Virus record (IMG/VR): IMGVR_UViG_3300020345_000381
Location: 6,474-70,473 of that record
Length of the DNA stretch: 64,000 nucleotides
Source of the DNA: a virus
Taxonomy: Duplodnaviria > Caudoviricetes
Reading direction: 5' to 3' (one strand)
Numbering within the stretch: the stretch's first letter is position 1; each line of letters begins with the position of its first letter. The notes below the pieces were generated by a model, which was given only the letters and a program-made list of their open reading frames with translations, had not been told where the DNA came from and did not search any database. Of the stretch, positions 29,504 through 37,961 are shown in pieces. The translations under genes and the position numbers were made by a program.

Positions 29504-30955
29504 TTAAATACCTTTAAATAATACAAAGTTATTAGCAGCTTGAGTTACAAGACATCTTTCTGAAAGGAAGTTGACTTCCATTGCATCAAGATTAGAAGTG
29601 TAAGCACCTCCAGCTGATCCAGTTAACCAAGACTTCATACGTCTGTCTTCTGTTTGAGAAGCTCTATATCTAACGTGTAAGAATGGTCGTCTGATATTTG
29701 TACCTAAAATTTGATCGTAAACAGTAGATGTACCAGCTGGTATTAATACTCCTTCTATTGATTGAGTTCCAGCGATAGCACCTCTTGTAGACGCATCATT
29801 TAAATATTTCCAGTCAGTCTTATAGAAATCATAAGATCCTCTTCTGAAACCGCTAAATCCAAGATTTAAAGCCATTTCTTCTGAGTTTTCAAATAATCCA
29901 TAAGCAGTACCACCAGAACTTCCTGCAGATATTAGAGATAACATGTTATCAAATTCTAACGCAGTTGATCTTTGTAAGAATAACATATTTTCTTCAATAG
30001 CTCCTTGAGTATCTAGGTTTTTAAGTATTTCATCAAAGTCATCTATACCAGATGCTCCAGCGAATCCAACTTCTACATTACCTCTTGATGAGATAGCTGC
30101 AAAAAGACCTTCAGTACCTTTAAAACCTGAAGCAGCAGCGTTATTTCCAGCAGCCGCAACAGCGATCTCACCTTCAACACATACCATTTCTAGGTAATCT
30201 TCAAATCTTAATCTTGTTTCAGATTCAGCTTTTAAATACCATAAATATCCAGTAGTTCCATCTTCCGTTGCAACTTCAACCCAACCAATTTGAGCCATAT
30301 CAGAACCATTTATTGTATAAACGTTTCTGATAATGATTGGTGAATTGTTATATTGCTGGAAAGCAGGAGTAATAGTTATTTGTGGTTGTACAGTATTATT
30401 TAAAGCTAAAGCTCCAGCACCCGCATTAGATGTTGATGCACCTTTAATAAATTCTGAACCATAAACAAATATTTTTACTGAAGTACCTAGACCGCTTAGA
30501 TCTGTACTTAAATAAGGAGCAACAGTTATAACACCAGTACCGGTATTAGAAGCTGTTACAACACATTTTGCTTCATTACCATTATCGTCTAAAACTACAA
30601 TAGTTTGACCTGGAGATATTACATTTCTTGTAACACCAGGAGCTGTTGCAGCAGGTACAGTAACAGTAGATGGGTTAGCTTGATCGTTAACACAGTTGTC
30701 ATATGCAATATGTAATCTATTTTGCTCTGACCAAACAACTTGATCTGAAGTCAGAGGCATTTCAGCTCCTACCATACGTAAAAAACCTGATAGAGTTCTG
30801 TTTCCATATCTCTCTACTTCTTGTTCATATATTTCTGGTAGATATTGCTGAGCAAAATCATTATTACCATCTGTAAAAGATAGGTAATTACTGGCTAATA
30901 GCTGCTGATTAGGAGCAGGAACTATTGAGCCAAATTGTGGAGTTAATACACCCAT
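29504..30955 (-). CDS. major capsid protein
   Basis: 483 aa between scaffold and adaptor genes; FAQQYLPEIYEQEVERYGNR motif as in Bacteroidetes podophage capsids; followed by a terminator. Confidence 0.8.
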   Translation of the reverse strand: MGVLTPQFGSIVPAPNQQLLASNYLSFTDGNNDFAQQYLPEIYEQEVERYGNRTLSGFLRMVGAEMPLTSDQVVWSEQNRLHIAYDNCVNDQANPSTVTVPAATAPGVTRNVISPGQTIVVLDDNGNEAKCVVTASNTGTGVITVAPYLSTDLSGLGTSVKIFVYGSEFIKGASTSNAGAGALALNNTVQPQITITPAFQQYNNSPIIIRNVYTINGSDMAQIGWVEVATEDGTTGYLWYLKAESETRLRFEDYLEMVCVEGEIAVAAAGNNAAASGFKGTEGLFAAISSRGNVEVGFAGASGIDDFDEILKNLDTQGAIEENMLFLQRSTALEFDNMLSLISAGSSGGTAYGLFENSEEMALNLGFSGFRRGSYDFYKTDWKYLNDASTRGAIAGTQSIEGVLIPAGTSTVYDQILGTNIRRPFLHVRYRASQTEDRRMKSWLTGSAGGAYTSNLDAMEVNFLSERCLVTQAANNFVLFKGI

Positions 30956-30974
30956 AATTGATAATTATTTATTT

Positions 30975-32264
30975 TTAATTAAACGTTTTCTTTTTTATTC
31001 TTAATTTTGAAGAATCAAGCCCACTAATTGCTTTTACTTTTAATCCACCTACAAATACTTCTCCTGAAGCTGTTTTTCTAGGTTCAGTACTAATGTTTTT
31101 AGATTTTGCTAATTGTTCTTTAATTGCATCGGTTTTACCTTGCTCATAAAAATGATTAGCAATAGTATCAACATTTTGTGCTGCATATAAAGCTTTATGA
31201 TAACCTTGATGATTTTCTACTTCTCCGTTTTTATTCAGAAACTTCTGAATAAAATTAGATATATCACTTTGATTATCTGCAACGTTTGAAGGATCTTTTA
31301 CTCCGTATCTAAATTTTTTATCTCCTAATTTAAAATCAAAACCTTTGAAATCTTCGTTAAAAAGCGTTTTAGTTTTAGATACAAATCTTTCATGTTTAGC
31401 TTCATTTAATGCTTGATCTTCAGTATAGCGATTGAAAAAGTCCATTGCTTTTTGTTGTTCTTGTGTTACACCGGGTCTCAACTTGATTTCGGCATAATAT
31501 TTACTTTTAAGATCTTCTAAAAAGTTTTTGGCTTTAGCTATCTCTTCTTTGTAAGCGAGTTTTTTCTTTTTTATATCTCGCTCCTCATCCACCTCTTCAT
31601 CATAGCTAAAAGAATCTTCAATAATAAAGCTTCTTTCTTCCATGTTTAAATGAGGCTTAGCTTGTTTGTAATATTCATGTAATAATGCTTCATCATTTAC
31701 TTTACTATAATCCGCATTTAATCTAGCATAGTCTTCAACAGTTCCACCTGTTTCTTCCATGAATTTTACTAAATTTTCTATATTTTCAGGAAGTTTTTGT
31801 GTTTCTCCTTCCTGTTGTATTTCTTCTTGTTTTTGTGAGGCAGTGGTAGTTTCAGTGCTTCTATCCATTCCTGTCTCGTTAGTATTATCTTCTTCATCAG
31901 TAATTTCTTGTAAAGGTGAATCCGATTCTATTTTTTCTTCTTGAGTTTCAGAAACTTTGCTGGACTTGAGTACCGATTCGTCCACCTTAGTGCTATCTCC
32001 GGTTTGTTCGCCCACAGCCACTTCCTTTGTTTCTCCGACTTGAATGGCATCTTTTTCTTCTTTTTTAGGTTTACTTAAATCTACTTTAACTAAATCAGGA
32101 ACTAATTTTTCATCACCTAATTGTTTAGGTTTAGTTACTTTTTTTATTTTAAAACTACCTTCTTCTTGAGGAGGTTTTTCTTTTGTAGATTCAACTGTTT
32201 CTTTAGCTTCTTCTACTTTTTCTAATACTTTTTCTTTTATTGTTTCTTCTACTTTTTTTGACAT
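30975..32264 (-). CDS. putative scaffolding protein
   Basis: Acidic, low-complexity, helical; between portal and capsid. Confidence 0.65.
   Translation of the reverse strand: MSKKVEETIKEKVLEKVEEAKETVESTKEKPPQEEGSFKIKKVTKPKQLGDEKLVPDLVKVDLSKPKKEEKDAIQVGETKEVAVGEQTGDSTKVDESVLKSSKVSETQEEKIESDSPLQEITDEEDNTNETGMDRSTETTTASQKQEEIQQEGETQKLPENIENLVKFMEETGGTVEDYARLNADYSKVNDEALLHEYYKQAKPHLNMEERSFIIEDSFSYDEEVDEERDIKKKKLAYKEEIAKAKNFLEDLKSKYYAEIKLRPGVTQEQQKAMDFFNRYTEDQALNEAKHERFVSKTKTLFNEDFKGFDFKLGDKKFRYGVKDPSNVADNQSDISNFIQKFLNKNGEVENHQGYHKALYAAQNVDTIANHFYEQGKTDAIKEQLAKSKNISTEPRKTASGEVFVGGLKVKAISGLDSSKLRIKKKTFN
31778..31897 (-). CDS. overprinted +1-frame small basic protein B in the scaffold gene
   Basis: MKKIILTRQEWIEALKLPLPHKNKKKYNRKEKHKNFLKI; same frame as A, starts 30 nt after A's stop. 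Confidence 0.6.
   Translation of the reverse strand: MKKIILTRQEWIEALKLPLPHKNKKKYNRKEKHKNFLKI
31928..32050 (-). CDS. overprinted +1-frame small basic protein A in the scaffold gene
   Basis: MPFKSEKQRKWLWANKPEIALRWTNRYSSPAKFLKLKKKK; host GC3 jumps exactly at its ATG. Confidence 0.7.
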   Translation of the reverse strand: MPFKSEKQRKWLWANKPEIALRWTNRYSSPAKFLKLKKKK

Positions 32265-32292
32265 AATATAATAATATAAAATTAATTAATTT

Positions 32293-34704
32293 TTAAGATG
32301 GACTAAATTGTTCTAATCCAAAACCATCTAAGTTATCATTTCCTGCAGATTCAAAATCTTTAGGTAGTGAATCATTTTGACGTTGAGCTATTAGTTCACT
32401 TTGTTGTGTACCTTGTATTTTAACTCTTTTGTCTTTTCTATCTTCTATTTCAGCTTCCTTAGCTTTTTGAGCTTGCCCTTGTATTTGAGCTAATTGCATA
32501 TCATAATTAAATTCTTCTGCCATTAACTGTTTTTTAAGCAGCGCTTCTTGTTCCATTTTCTTTATTTCAAATTGAGATTTAGCTTGTTCAATTTGTATTT
32601 CTGTTTCAGCCAAAGCTTGTTGTTTTTGTACTTCTGCTAATGCTGCTTTTTCGGCGGCTTCAGCATTAGCCTGTGCTTGAACTTCTATATTTTCTAATTG
32701 TTGTGCTCTAGCTATTTCTTGTTTTTTCTTTTGTCTAGCTTTTAAACTTTGATTAGCAAGTTTTATATTTTTTATTTCTCTTAAATCAATAGCATCTTCT
32801 AAACCTATATTTTGTTGCTGAAGAGACATTTGAATATTTTGTTCTAACAATGCTTTTTCTTCTTCTTCTGGTTCTAATTCTAAAAATATTCCAAAGTCAT
32901 GCATACTTAATTTTTCAACTTCTATTAAAGTATTGGTATTAAAAGTATTTATACTTGTTAATAAACTTTGTTTAGTTAAAGGAAATTGTAGCATATCTGC
33001 TGCTCTTAAACTAATATTTTCGCATACTCTAACAGTTAAATACATTAAAGATTGTAACACGTGTTTTGTAGCTGTATTAGAGTTTGCAGCTGCTAATTTT
33101 TGTAAACCTACTAAAGAATCTTTTGTCGGAGCACTTCCATCTCTTGCTTCATTTAATCCAGTAACATCTCTTATCATTTGTAAATAATATTGATAAGTTT
33201 GTATCATAGATTGAATTTTTCCCATTCCATTAGAAGTTTGTAATTCTTGTACTGGAATTTTACCTCTATTTAATTCTCCATCTTGAGTTAGTGATCTACC
33301 AACTATACTACCAGTTTGAAAATACATATTTAATGCTTCTGCTGGATTATAATTAGTTCCATTGCCTAAATCAACTTCCGCTAATCCATCTACATCTAAA
33401 TAAACCCCATCTGGTACCATTTTAGATAATACTTGTTGTAATTTTAAATGAGTTAATTGAATCATATCAGCAAAACCTATACTTTTACTTACTAAAGATT
33501 CTATTCTTCCTTGATACATTCTAGGAGCACTTATAACATAATTCATGTTAACTTTAGTAGTGTCACTATATGGTCTAGTCATATTTTCACTTAATTCCCA
33601 TTTAAGTAAATTACCTCCTAAACCTAATACTTTTGCTCCGCAATATAATACTTCTATTGCTCTTGAAACTCTTTCAAAATTATCATTTGGTGGCGGATTA
33701 AATGTATCTGGTTTTTCTAATATTTTTTCTAATCCTTGTTCAGTTTGTTTTATTTTAAAAACTTGATCTTGATATGTTTTATATTCAAAATATAAAACTT
33801 GAACTTGATCTTGTGTTTCTTGTCCCCACCAAGTATTTTCTACATAAGAATTTCTTCCAGGATATTTTTGTATTTCTTCTAAATCACTATCAGTTAAATT
33901 AGGAAATTGTCTTTTAAGTTCTGATAATGACATATTTTTAACTTCTCCTACGTAGTATATATCTTCAAAATTAGGATCATCTGTATAAGAATAAACTATA
34001 TTAGCAGGATTAACATAATCAACGGTAATTCCTTCTGATAAATTAAAATCAGTTTTTACACACCCAATACCTAAAACCGTTAAATCATAAGCTAGACGCT
34101 TTTTAACTTCGTTATATTTATTATATGATAAAATATTATCTAATAATTCTTCCTCTGCAATTTCAATACTTTGTTTATAAGTTAATTGCATGTATAAATC
34201 TAATTCATTAGGATCTTCTGGTAAATTCTCAGGATCGGAAGAAGAATAAAAATTTTGACCAGTTAAAGATGTTAATTGATCTATTTCGGCTTTATTTTGA
34301 ATATCTCTTAACGCATTTTCAGCATAAACTGTTCTTTCTTTATTAGCAAAAGGATCTTGTGCGTAAGATTTTATTTCATATCCTTTATCTGTCATACCGT
34401 TTACAACAATATCAACAAATTTAGATAAAATAGGTACTGGTTTCCAATCTAAGTTAAGATAAGATAAATCACCATTAATAGCTAATTCATTTTTATATTT
34501 TTGAACTGGTTGTTCTCCTCTTGCATATAATCTTAATCTATTAAAATTTTGAAAATTACTGATAAAACGGTTTTGACCGCTGGAGTTTCTAAACCACTCA
34601 TGCTCAATTGCTTGCGCTACTTGTAGTCCATACTCTCTAGATTTTTTCTCTTCTTCAGGTACCACCTGATCAGGAAAAGCACTATTGTAGTTGATTTTAA
34701 TCAT
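32293..34704 (-). CDS. portal protein
   Basis: 803 aa directly after terL; SYLNLDWKPVPILSKFVDIVVNG motif. Confidence 0.85.
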   Translation of the reverse strand: MIKINYNSAFPDQVVPEEEKKSREYGLQVAQAIEHEWFRNSSGQNRFISNFQNFNRLRLYARGEQPVQKYKNELAINGDLSYLNLDWKPVPILSKFVDIVVNGMTDKGYEIKSYAQDPFANKERTVYAENALRDIQNKAEIDQLTSLTGQNFYSSSDPENLPEDPNELDLYMQLTYKQSIEIAEEELLDNILSYNKYNEVKKRLAYDLTVLGIGCVKTDFNLSEGITVDYVNPANIVYSYTDDPNFEDIYYVGEVKNMSLSELKRQFPNLTDSDLEEIQKYPGRNSYVENTWWGQETQDQVQVLYFEYKTYQDQVFKIKQTEQGLEKILEKPDTFNPPPNDNFERVSRAIEVLYCGAKVLGLGGNLLKWELSENMTRPYSDTTKVNMNYVISAPRMYQGRIESLVSKSIGFADMIQLTHLKLQQVLSKMVPDGVYLDVDGLAEVDLGNGTNYNPAEALNMYFQTGSIVGRSLTQDGELNRGKIPVQELQTSNGMGKIQSMIQTYQYYLQMIRDVTGLNEARDGSAPTKDSLVGLQKLAAANSNTATKHVLQSLMYLTVRVCENISLRAADMLQFPLTKQSLLTSINTFNTNTLIEVEKLSMHDFGIFLELEPEEEEKALLEQNIQMSLQQQNIGLEDAIDLREIKNIKLANQSLKARQKKKQEIARAQQLENIEVQAQANAEAAEKAALAEVQKQQALAETEIQIEQAKSQFEIKKMEQEALLKKQLMAEEFNYDMQLAQIQGQAQKAKEAEIEDRKDKRVKIQGTQQSELIAQRQNDSLPKDFESAGNDNLDGFGLEQFSPS

Positions 34705-36930
34705 CTAATTTAGAATTTTTGAATTTACTCCTTTATTATCATATTTTTTAAAACCTAAAGGCACCGATGTCAGTTTGCGTTCTGCTGTTGGCCTATATCT
34801 ATTTTTATTACATGCCATAATTGCTAAGCCTGAACTTATTGAGGCATCATGAAGTGTTCTGTTGTTTATATTAAATCTTGCCCAATCTTCTAAAGTGCGT
34901 TGAAAATATAAATCTCCATAATTTTCACCATTATATCCTATAAAATTTTCTATATAATCTTCTATAGCAGCTGCATGAGCTTGTTTGATATCTTCACTAG
35001 AGTTAGGTATACCACCTATTTCTCTTTCTGTTACTGATAATTTATTATAAATTTTATCTGGTCTATTCATAGAATATCCTCTATAACCTCTTCGTTTTAA
35101 ATAATATAATAATCTAGGTTTGTTATTTTCTGCAAGAAGTGGCATTCCATAAAATACTAATGCCATTAAAACATCTTCAAAAAAGATTTCAGCAGTTTGA
35201 GGTCTTGCTATATATTCTAAAAAAAAGCTATTAGGAGGAACATCCTCCATTGTAAATTTAGTTAAACCATGCAAAGAACCTTTTGAACCTCTACCATCTA
35301 CAGTTCCTGAAATATCATACGGATCACAACCAAAAGCACCACAATCAGTATTGGCAGGATATCGTATTCCATTTTTTATATTATACCTATTTTGTAAATT
35401 ATTAGGAGGAATCCACGAAATAAAAAATCTTCCATTATTATTAGGTATAAAAATAACTCTAGTATCTTTAATCCCATTTTCCCATTGAAAATTACCTTGA
35501 CTTATAATGTTTGTATTACGTAAATCTTCATTATAATCTATTTGTTCATATATTTTTGTAAGATTAAAAAGAGATTGTTTTGCTTCATCTCTAAAAGCGT
35601 GTTTTTCAGTTCGTGGGAATTGTCTATAAAATTCATTTAAACTGTCTTGATCTTCTTTTAAACCTTCAACTTCGTTTTCCCAGTGAGAGATAACCCCGAT
35701 ATTAATTTGTGATCCGTCAATCCCTTTAACGGCTTTTTTTGGAGTTTCGAATACAGGTATGCCATAAGTATTGATGTATCCTTCGTAGTTCCATTCCATA
35801 GGTATGAACAAACTATATAATCCTGTATTAGTCTGTCCATTGCGGTTTCTTTTTGTAACATCTGAAGCGTCATATAATTTTTTAAAGTTATCACCACCTT
35901 TGTCTAATGCATTTGATGTAGATCCCATCATACATTTTCCAACTATTCTACTCCCTAATCTTAACGTCGTTTTCGTGACTCTCCAGTTGTTGAGGATATT
36001 ATCCGGCCTCTCCCATTTCCCTGACTCGTCGTGCGCAAGGAGTTGTAACTTCTCCCCATCGTAGGAGTTGTCGCCGGTATTCTTCCAATCGATGGTTGTA
36101 TCCAACCCCTGGAGGTCTTCGATCTTACTATTCTGGTCCAATTTTTTTCTGGTAAGCTTCGAGGCAGGGACTCTATACGCGAGTTCCGTCTTGGGGCGGT
36201 CCATACCGTCCTGGATTGGTTTGAAAAAGAAGGGATAGTTAACTGATATTGGTACCACTTTGTCAGTAAACATCTTTTTCGCATCAGCTCCAGTTTTAGA
36301 TAATATTCCATATCGTGAATCTGAGGATATAGTGGCCTGGTGTACCAGTTCTGAGGATGCCATGAAAGAAAATCCCGATCGACGGTTCTTAAGGTAGCAC
36401 ATTCCATAACACCTAGTATCGGATTTACACGCTTCCCAAAAAATAAAGAAAAGTCTGTTGGACTCTCGAAACTCTGGTTTCCCAACATCAATCTTGGTCC
36501 ACTGCAAGTACATATAATGAGAACCAGTAATATAAGTGGGAATGCCTTTGTTATAAAACCAAAAGCCTTCTTCACGTCTTTTAAATTCTTCATCAATATA
36601 ATCATACCATTTATCTTTAAAATCAAGAGAAGTATTATTCCAATCAAAAACAGTTTTAAGTCTATCTAAAACTTTAGGATAATCAAATACTTCCCAATAT
36701 TGTTCTTCTTTTTTATTTCCTTTTTTATATACTTTTTCTTCTAGCGGTAAAGCAATTTTGAGACCTTGGATTTCATATATTTCCCCAATTTGGCCAGTTT
36801 TGCTGATAACCACGATATCATTTTCTTGATCGTACCCATATTTCCATTTTTTATATCTATTATTTCTTTTTATTATTTTTGGTTTAATATGATCAGATAA
36901 AATTTTATATAGAGTTTGTGTATATGTCAT
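34705..36930 (-). CDS. terL: terminase large subunit
   Basis: Walker A-like LKNRRSGFS, Walker B AHDESGK, MGST coupling motif, RuvC-like nuclease GCDPYD. Confidence 0.92.
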   Translation of the reverse strand: MTYTQTLYKILSDHIKPKIIKRNNRYKKWKYGYDQENDIVVISKTGQIGEIYEIQGLKIALPLEEKVYKKGNKKEEQYWEVFDYPKVLDRLKTVFDWNNTSLDFKDKWYDYIDEEFKRREEGFWFYNKGIPTYITGSHYMYLQWTKIDVGKPEFRESNRLFFIFWEACKSDTRCYGMCYLKNRRSGFSFMASSELVHQATISSDSRYGILSKTGADAKKMFTDKVVPISVNYPFFFKPIQDGMDRPKTELAYRVPASKLTRKKLDQNSKIEDLQGLDTTIDWKNTGDNSYDGEKLQLLAHDESGKWERPDNILNNWRVTKTTLRLGSRIVGKCMMGSTSNALDKGGDNFKKLYDASDVTKRNRNGQTNTGLYSLFIPMEWNYEGYINTYGIPVFETPKKAVKGIDGSQINIGVISHWENEVEGLKEDQDSLNEFYRQFPRTEKHAFRDEAKQSLFNLTKIYEQIDYNEDLRNTNIISQGNFQWENGIKDTRVIFIPNNNGRFFISWIPPNNLQNRYNIKNGIRYPANTDCGAFGCDPYDISGTVDGRGSKGSLHGLTKFTMEDVPPNSFFLEYIARPQTAEIFFEDVLMALVFYGMPLLAENNKPRLLYYLKRRGYRGYSMNRPDKIYNKLSVTEREIGGIPNSSEDIKQAHAAAIEDYIENFIGYNGENYGDLYFQRTLEDWARFNINNRTLHDASISSGLAIMACNKNRYRPTAERKLTSVPLGFKKYDNKGVNSKILN
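35658..35873 (-). CDS. second putative +1-frame ORF in terL (71 aa)
   Basis: Same +1 frame; C-ending synonymous codons enriched in terL over this stretch. Confidence 0.4.
   Translation of the reverse strand: MTLQMLQKETAMDRLIQDYIVCSYLWNGTTKDTSILMAYLYSKLQKKPLKGLTDHKLISGLSLTGKTKLKV
35961..36593 (-). CDS. overprinted +1-frame ORF in terL (210 aa from ATG 36593; frame open to 36647), possible lipoprotein
   Basis: 228 stop-free codons; terL GC3 about 66% at 36001-36240 versus about 15% in a downstream sample. Confidence 0.6.
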   Translation of the reverse strand: MKNLKDVKKAFGFITKAFPLILLVLIICTCSGPRLMLGNQSFESPTDFSLFFGKRVNPILGVMECATLRTVDRDFLSWHPQNWYTRPLYPQIHDMEYYLKLELMRKRCLLTKWYQYQLTIPSFSNQSRTVWTAPRRNSRIESLPRSLPEKNWTRIVRSKTSRGWIQPSIGRIPATTPTMGRSYNSLRTTSQGNGRGRIISSTTGESRKRR

Positions 36931-37199
36931 TTTGATCTACCTTCAGCAAAACCTTTAAAGTTATTACCTCGATTTTCTTTTTTAATTTCTTTTAACATAT
37001 TCTCTTCTTCTTCTATACGACTTAATATTTCAAACGCATCAAATACTGCTAATTTTTTAGTAGCAGCGGCGTTTTTTAATCTATCAGCCGAAACATCATC
37101 TTCTGAATCTACAATTTTTTCTTTTGCTACTTTAATTAATTCTTCAACTGCTTTTTGCCCAGCTTGGATTATACTCTTCTTGGTTTGTTTTGTGTTCAT
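36927..37199 (-). CDS. putative terminase small subunit
   Basis: 90-aa helical protein overlapping the terL start (ATGA). Confidence 0.45.
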   Translation of the reverse strand: MNTKQTKKSIIQAGQKAVEELIKVAKEKIVDSEDDVSADRLKNAAATKKLAVFDAFEILSRIEEEENMLKEIKKENRGNNFKGFAEGRSK

Positions 37200-37734
37200 A
37201 TTTAATTACAATATCATTTGATTCCATACAATATAAAAGTTCATTATCAATAATAAATTCAAATTCTCTAAGTGGTTTAAACCCTATTATATCTCCTGGA
37301 TTTATTTTAAGCACTTCTAATGAACTATTACCATATTTTAATATCCCTTTATTCTTTATTATTTTTTCATCTTCTAATAAAGGTTTTACAAAACAATAGT
37401 TTTCGTTAGGTATCCACTTATTTTTTTGATAATACATGTATACTTGAGAGGGAACTGCAAAATATAAATCATCTTTAAAATATTTAGTACTATTCACTGA
37501 TTTACCTTTCATGTTATAGTATCTTCTAAATAAATTATGATGTACTATAACTTTATCTCCTTTTTTAATTTTAGTATTATATATAAGCGGAACACTAACT
37601 ACTTCTGCTTCTCTATTTACAAATTTGTGACTAGATATAGTAGAATTAACAATTAATTCACAACCATCAATATTAATTTTGTTTTTATATCTTTCCCCAA
37701 TAGGTTTAATAATAAATTGATATAAACTTTTCAT
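37144..37734 (-). CDS. tandem GroES-like co-chaperonin
   Basis: Two GroES-like repeats: FIIKP...AEVVSVP...IKKGDKVIV and CFVKP...GILKY...INPGDIIGF...IDNELLYCMESNDI. Confidence 0.6.
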   Translation of the reverse strand: MKSLYQFIIKPIGERYKNKINIDGCELIVNSTISSHKFVNREAEVVSVPLIYNTKIKKGDKVIVHHNLFRRYYNMKGKSVNSTKYFKDDLYFAVPSQVYMYYQKNKWIPNENYCFVKPLLEDEKIIKNKGILKYGNSSLEVLKINPGDIIGFKPLREFEFIIDNELLYCMESNDIVIKYEHKTNQEEYNPSWAKSS

Positions 37735-37961
37735 TAATATTCTAAATCATATTCTACAGATATAGCCATTTGAGAATTAAACTTCTTCCAAGGCAATACC
37801 TCATCTCCTTTTTTTATAAATATATTATAAGATTGTTCTTCTTCATCATTTAAAATATGAGAAATCGTATGACCACCGTATACTTGCTGTCCAACAGCAT
37901 AGTGCATAGCGTCATTTTTATAATCAGATCCAATACTGATTTTTCTTATAACATTACTCAC
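37734..37961 (-). CDS. hypothetical protein
   Basis: ORF track; TAATG overlap. Confidence 0.65.
   Translation of the reverse strand: MSNVIRKISIGSDYKNDAMHYAVGQQVYGGHTISHILNDEEEQSYNIFIKKGDEVLPWKKFNSQMAISVEYDLEY

Noticed and set aside
29434-29520. Programmed frameshift or readthrough extension of the major capsid protein
   Set aside because: TTTAAAG is not in the X XXY YYZ phase and the downstream hairpin fits a terminator
34560-34704. Raised GC3 at the portal 5' end and short +1 ORFs there; similar short ones in groEL (~45730-45790), the holin (~39170-39240) and gene 45851
   Set aside because: The ORFs are 23 codons or fewer, or lack a start codon; cannot be separated from chance without homolog alignments
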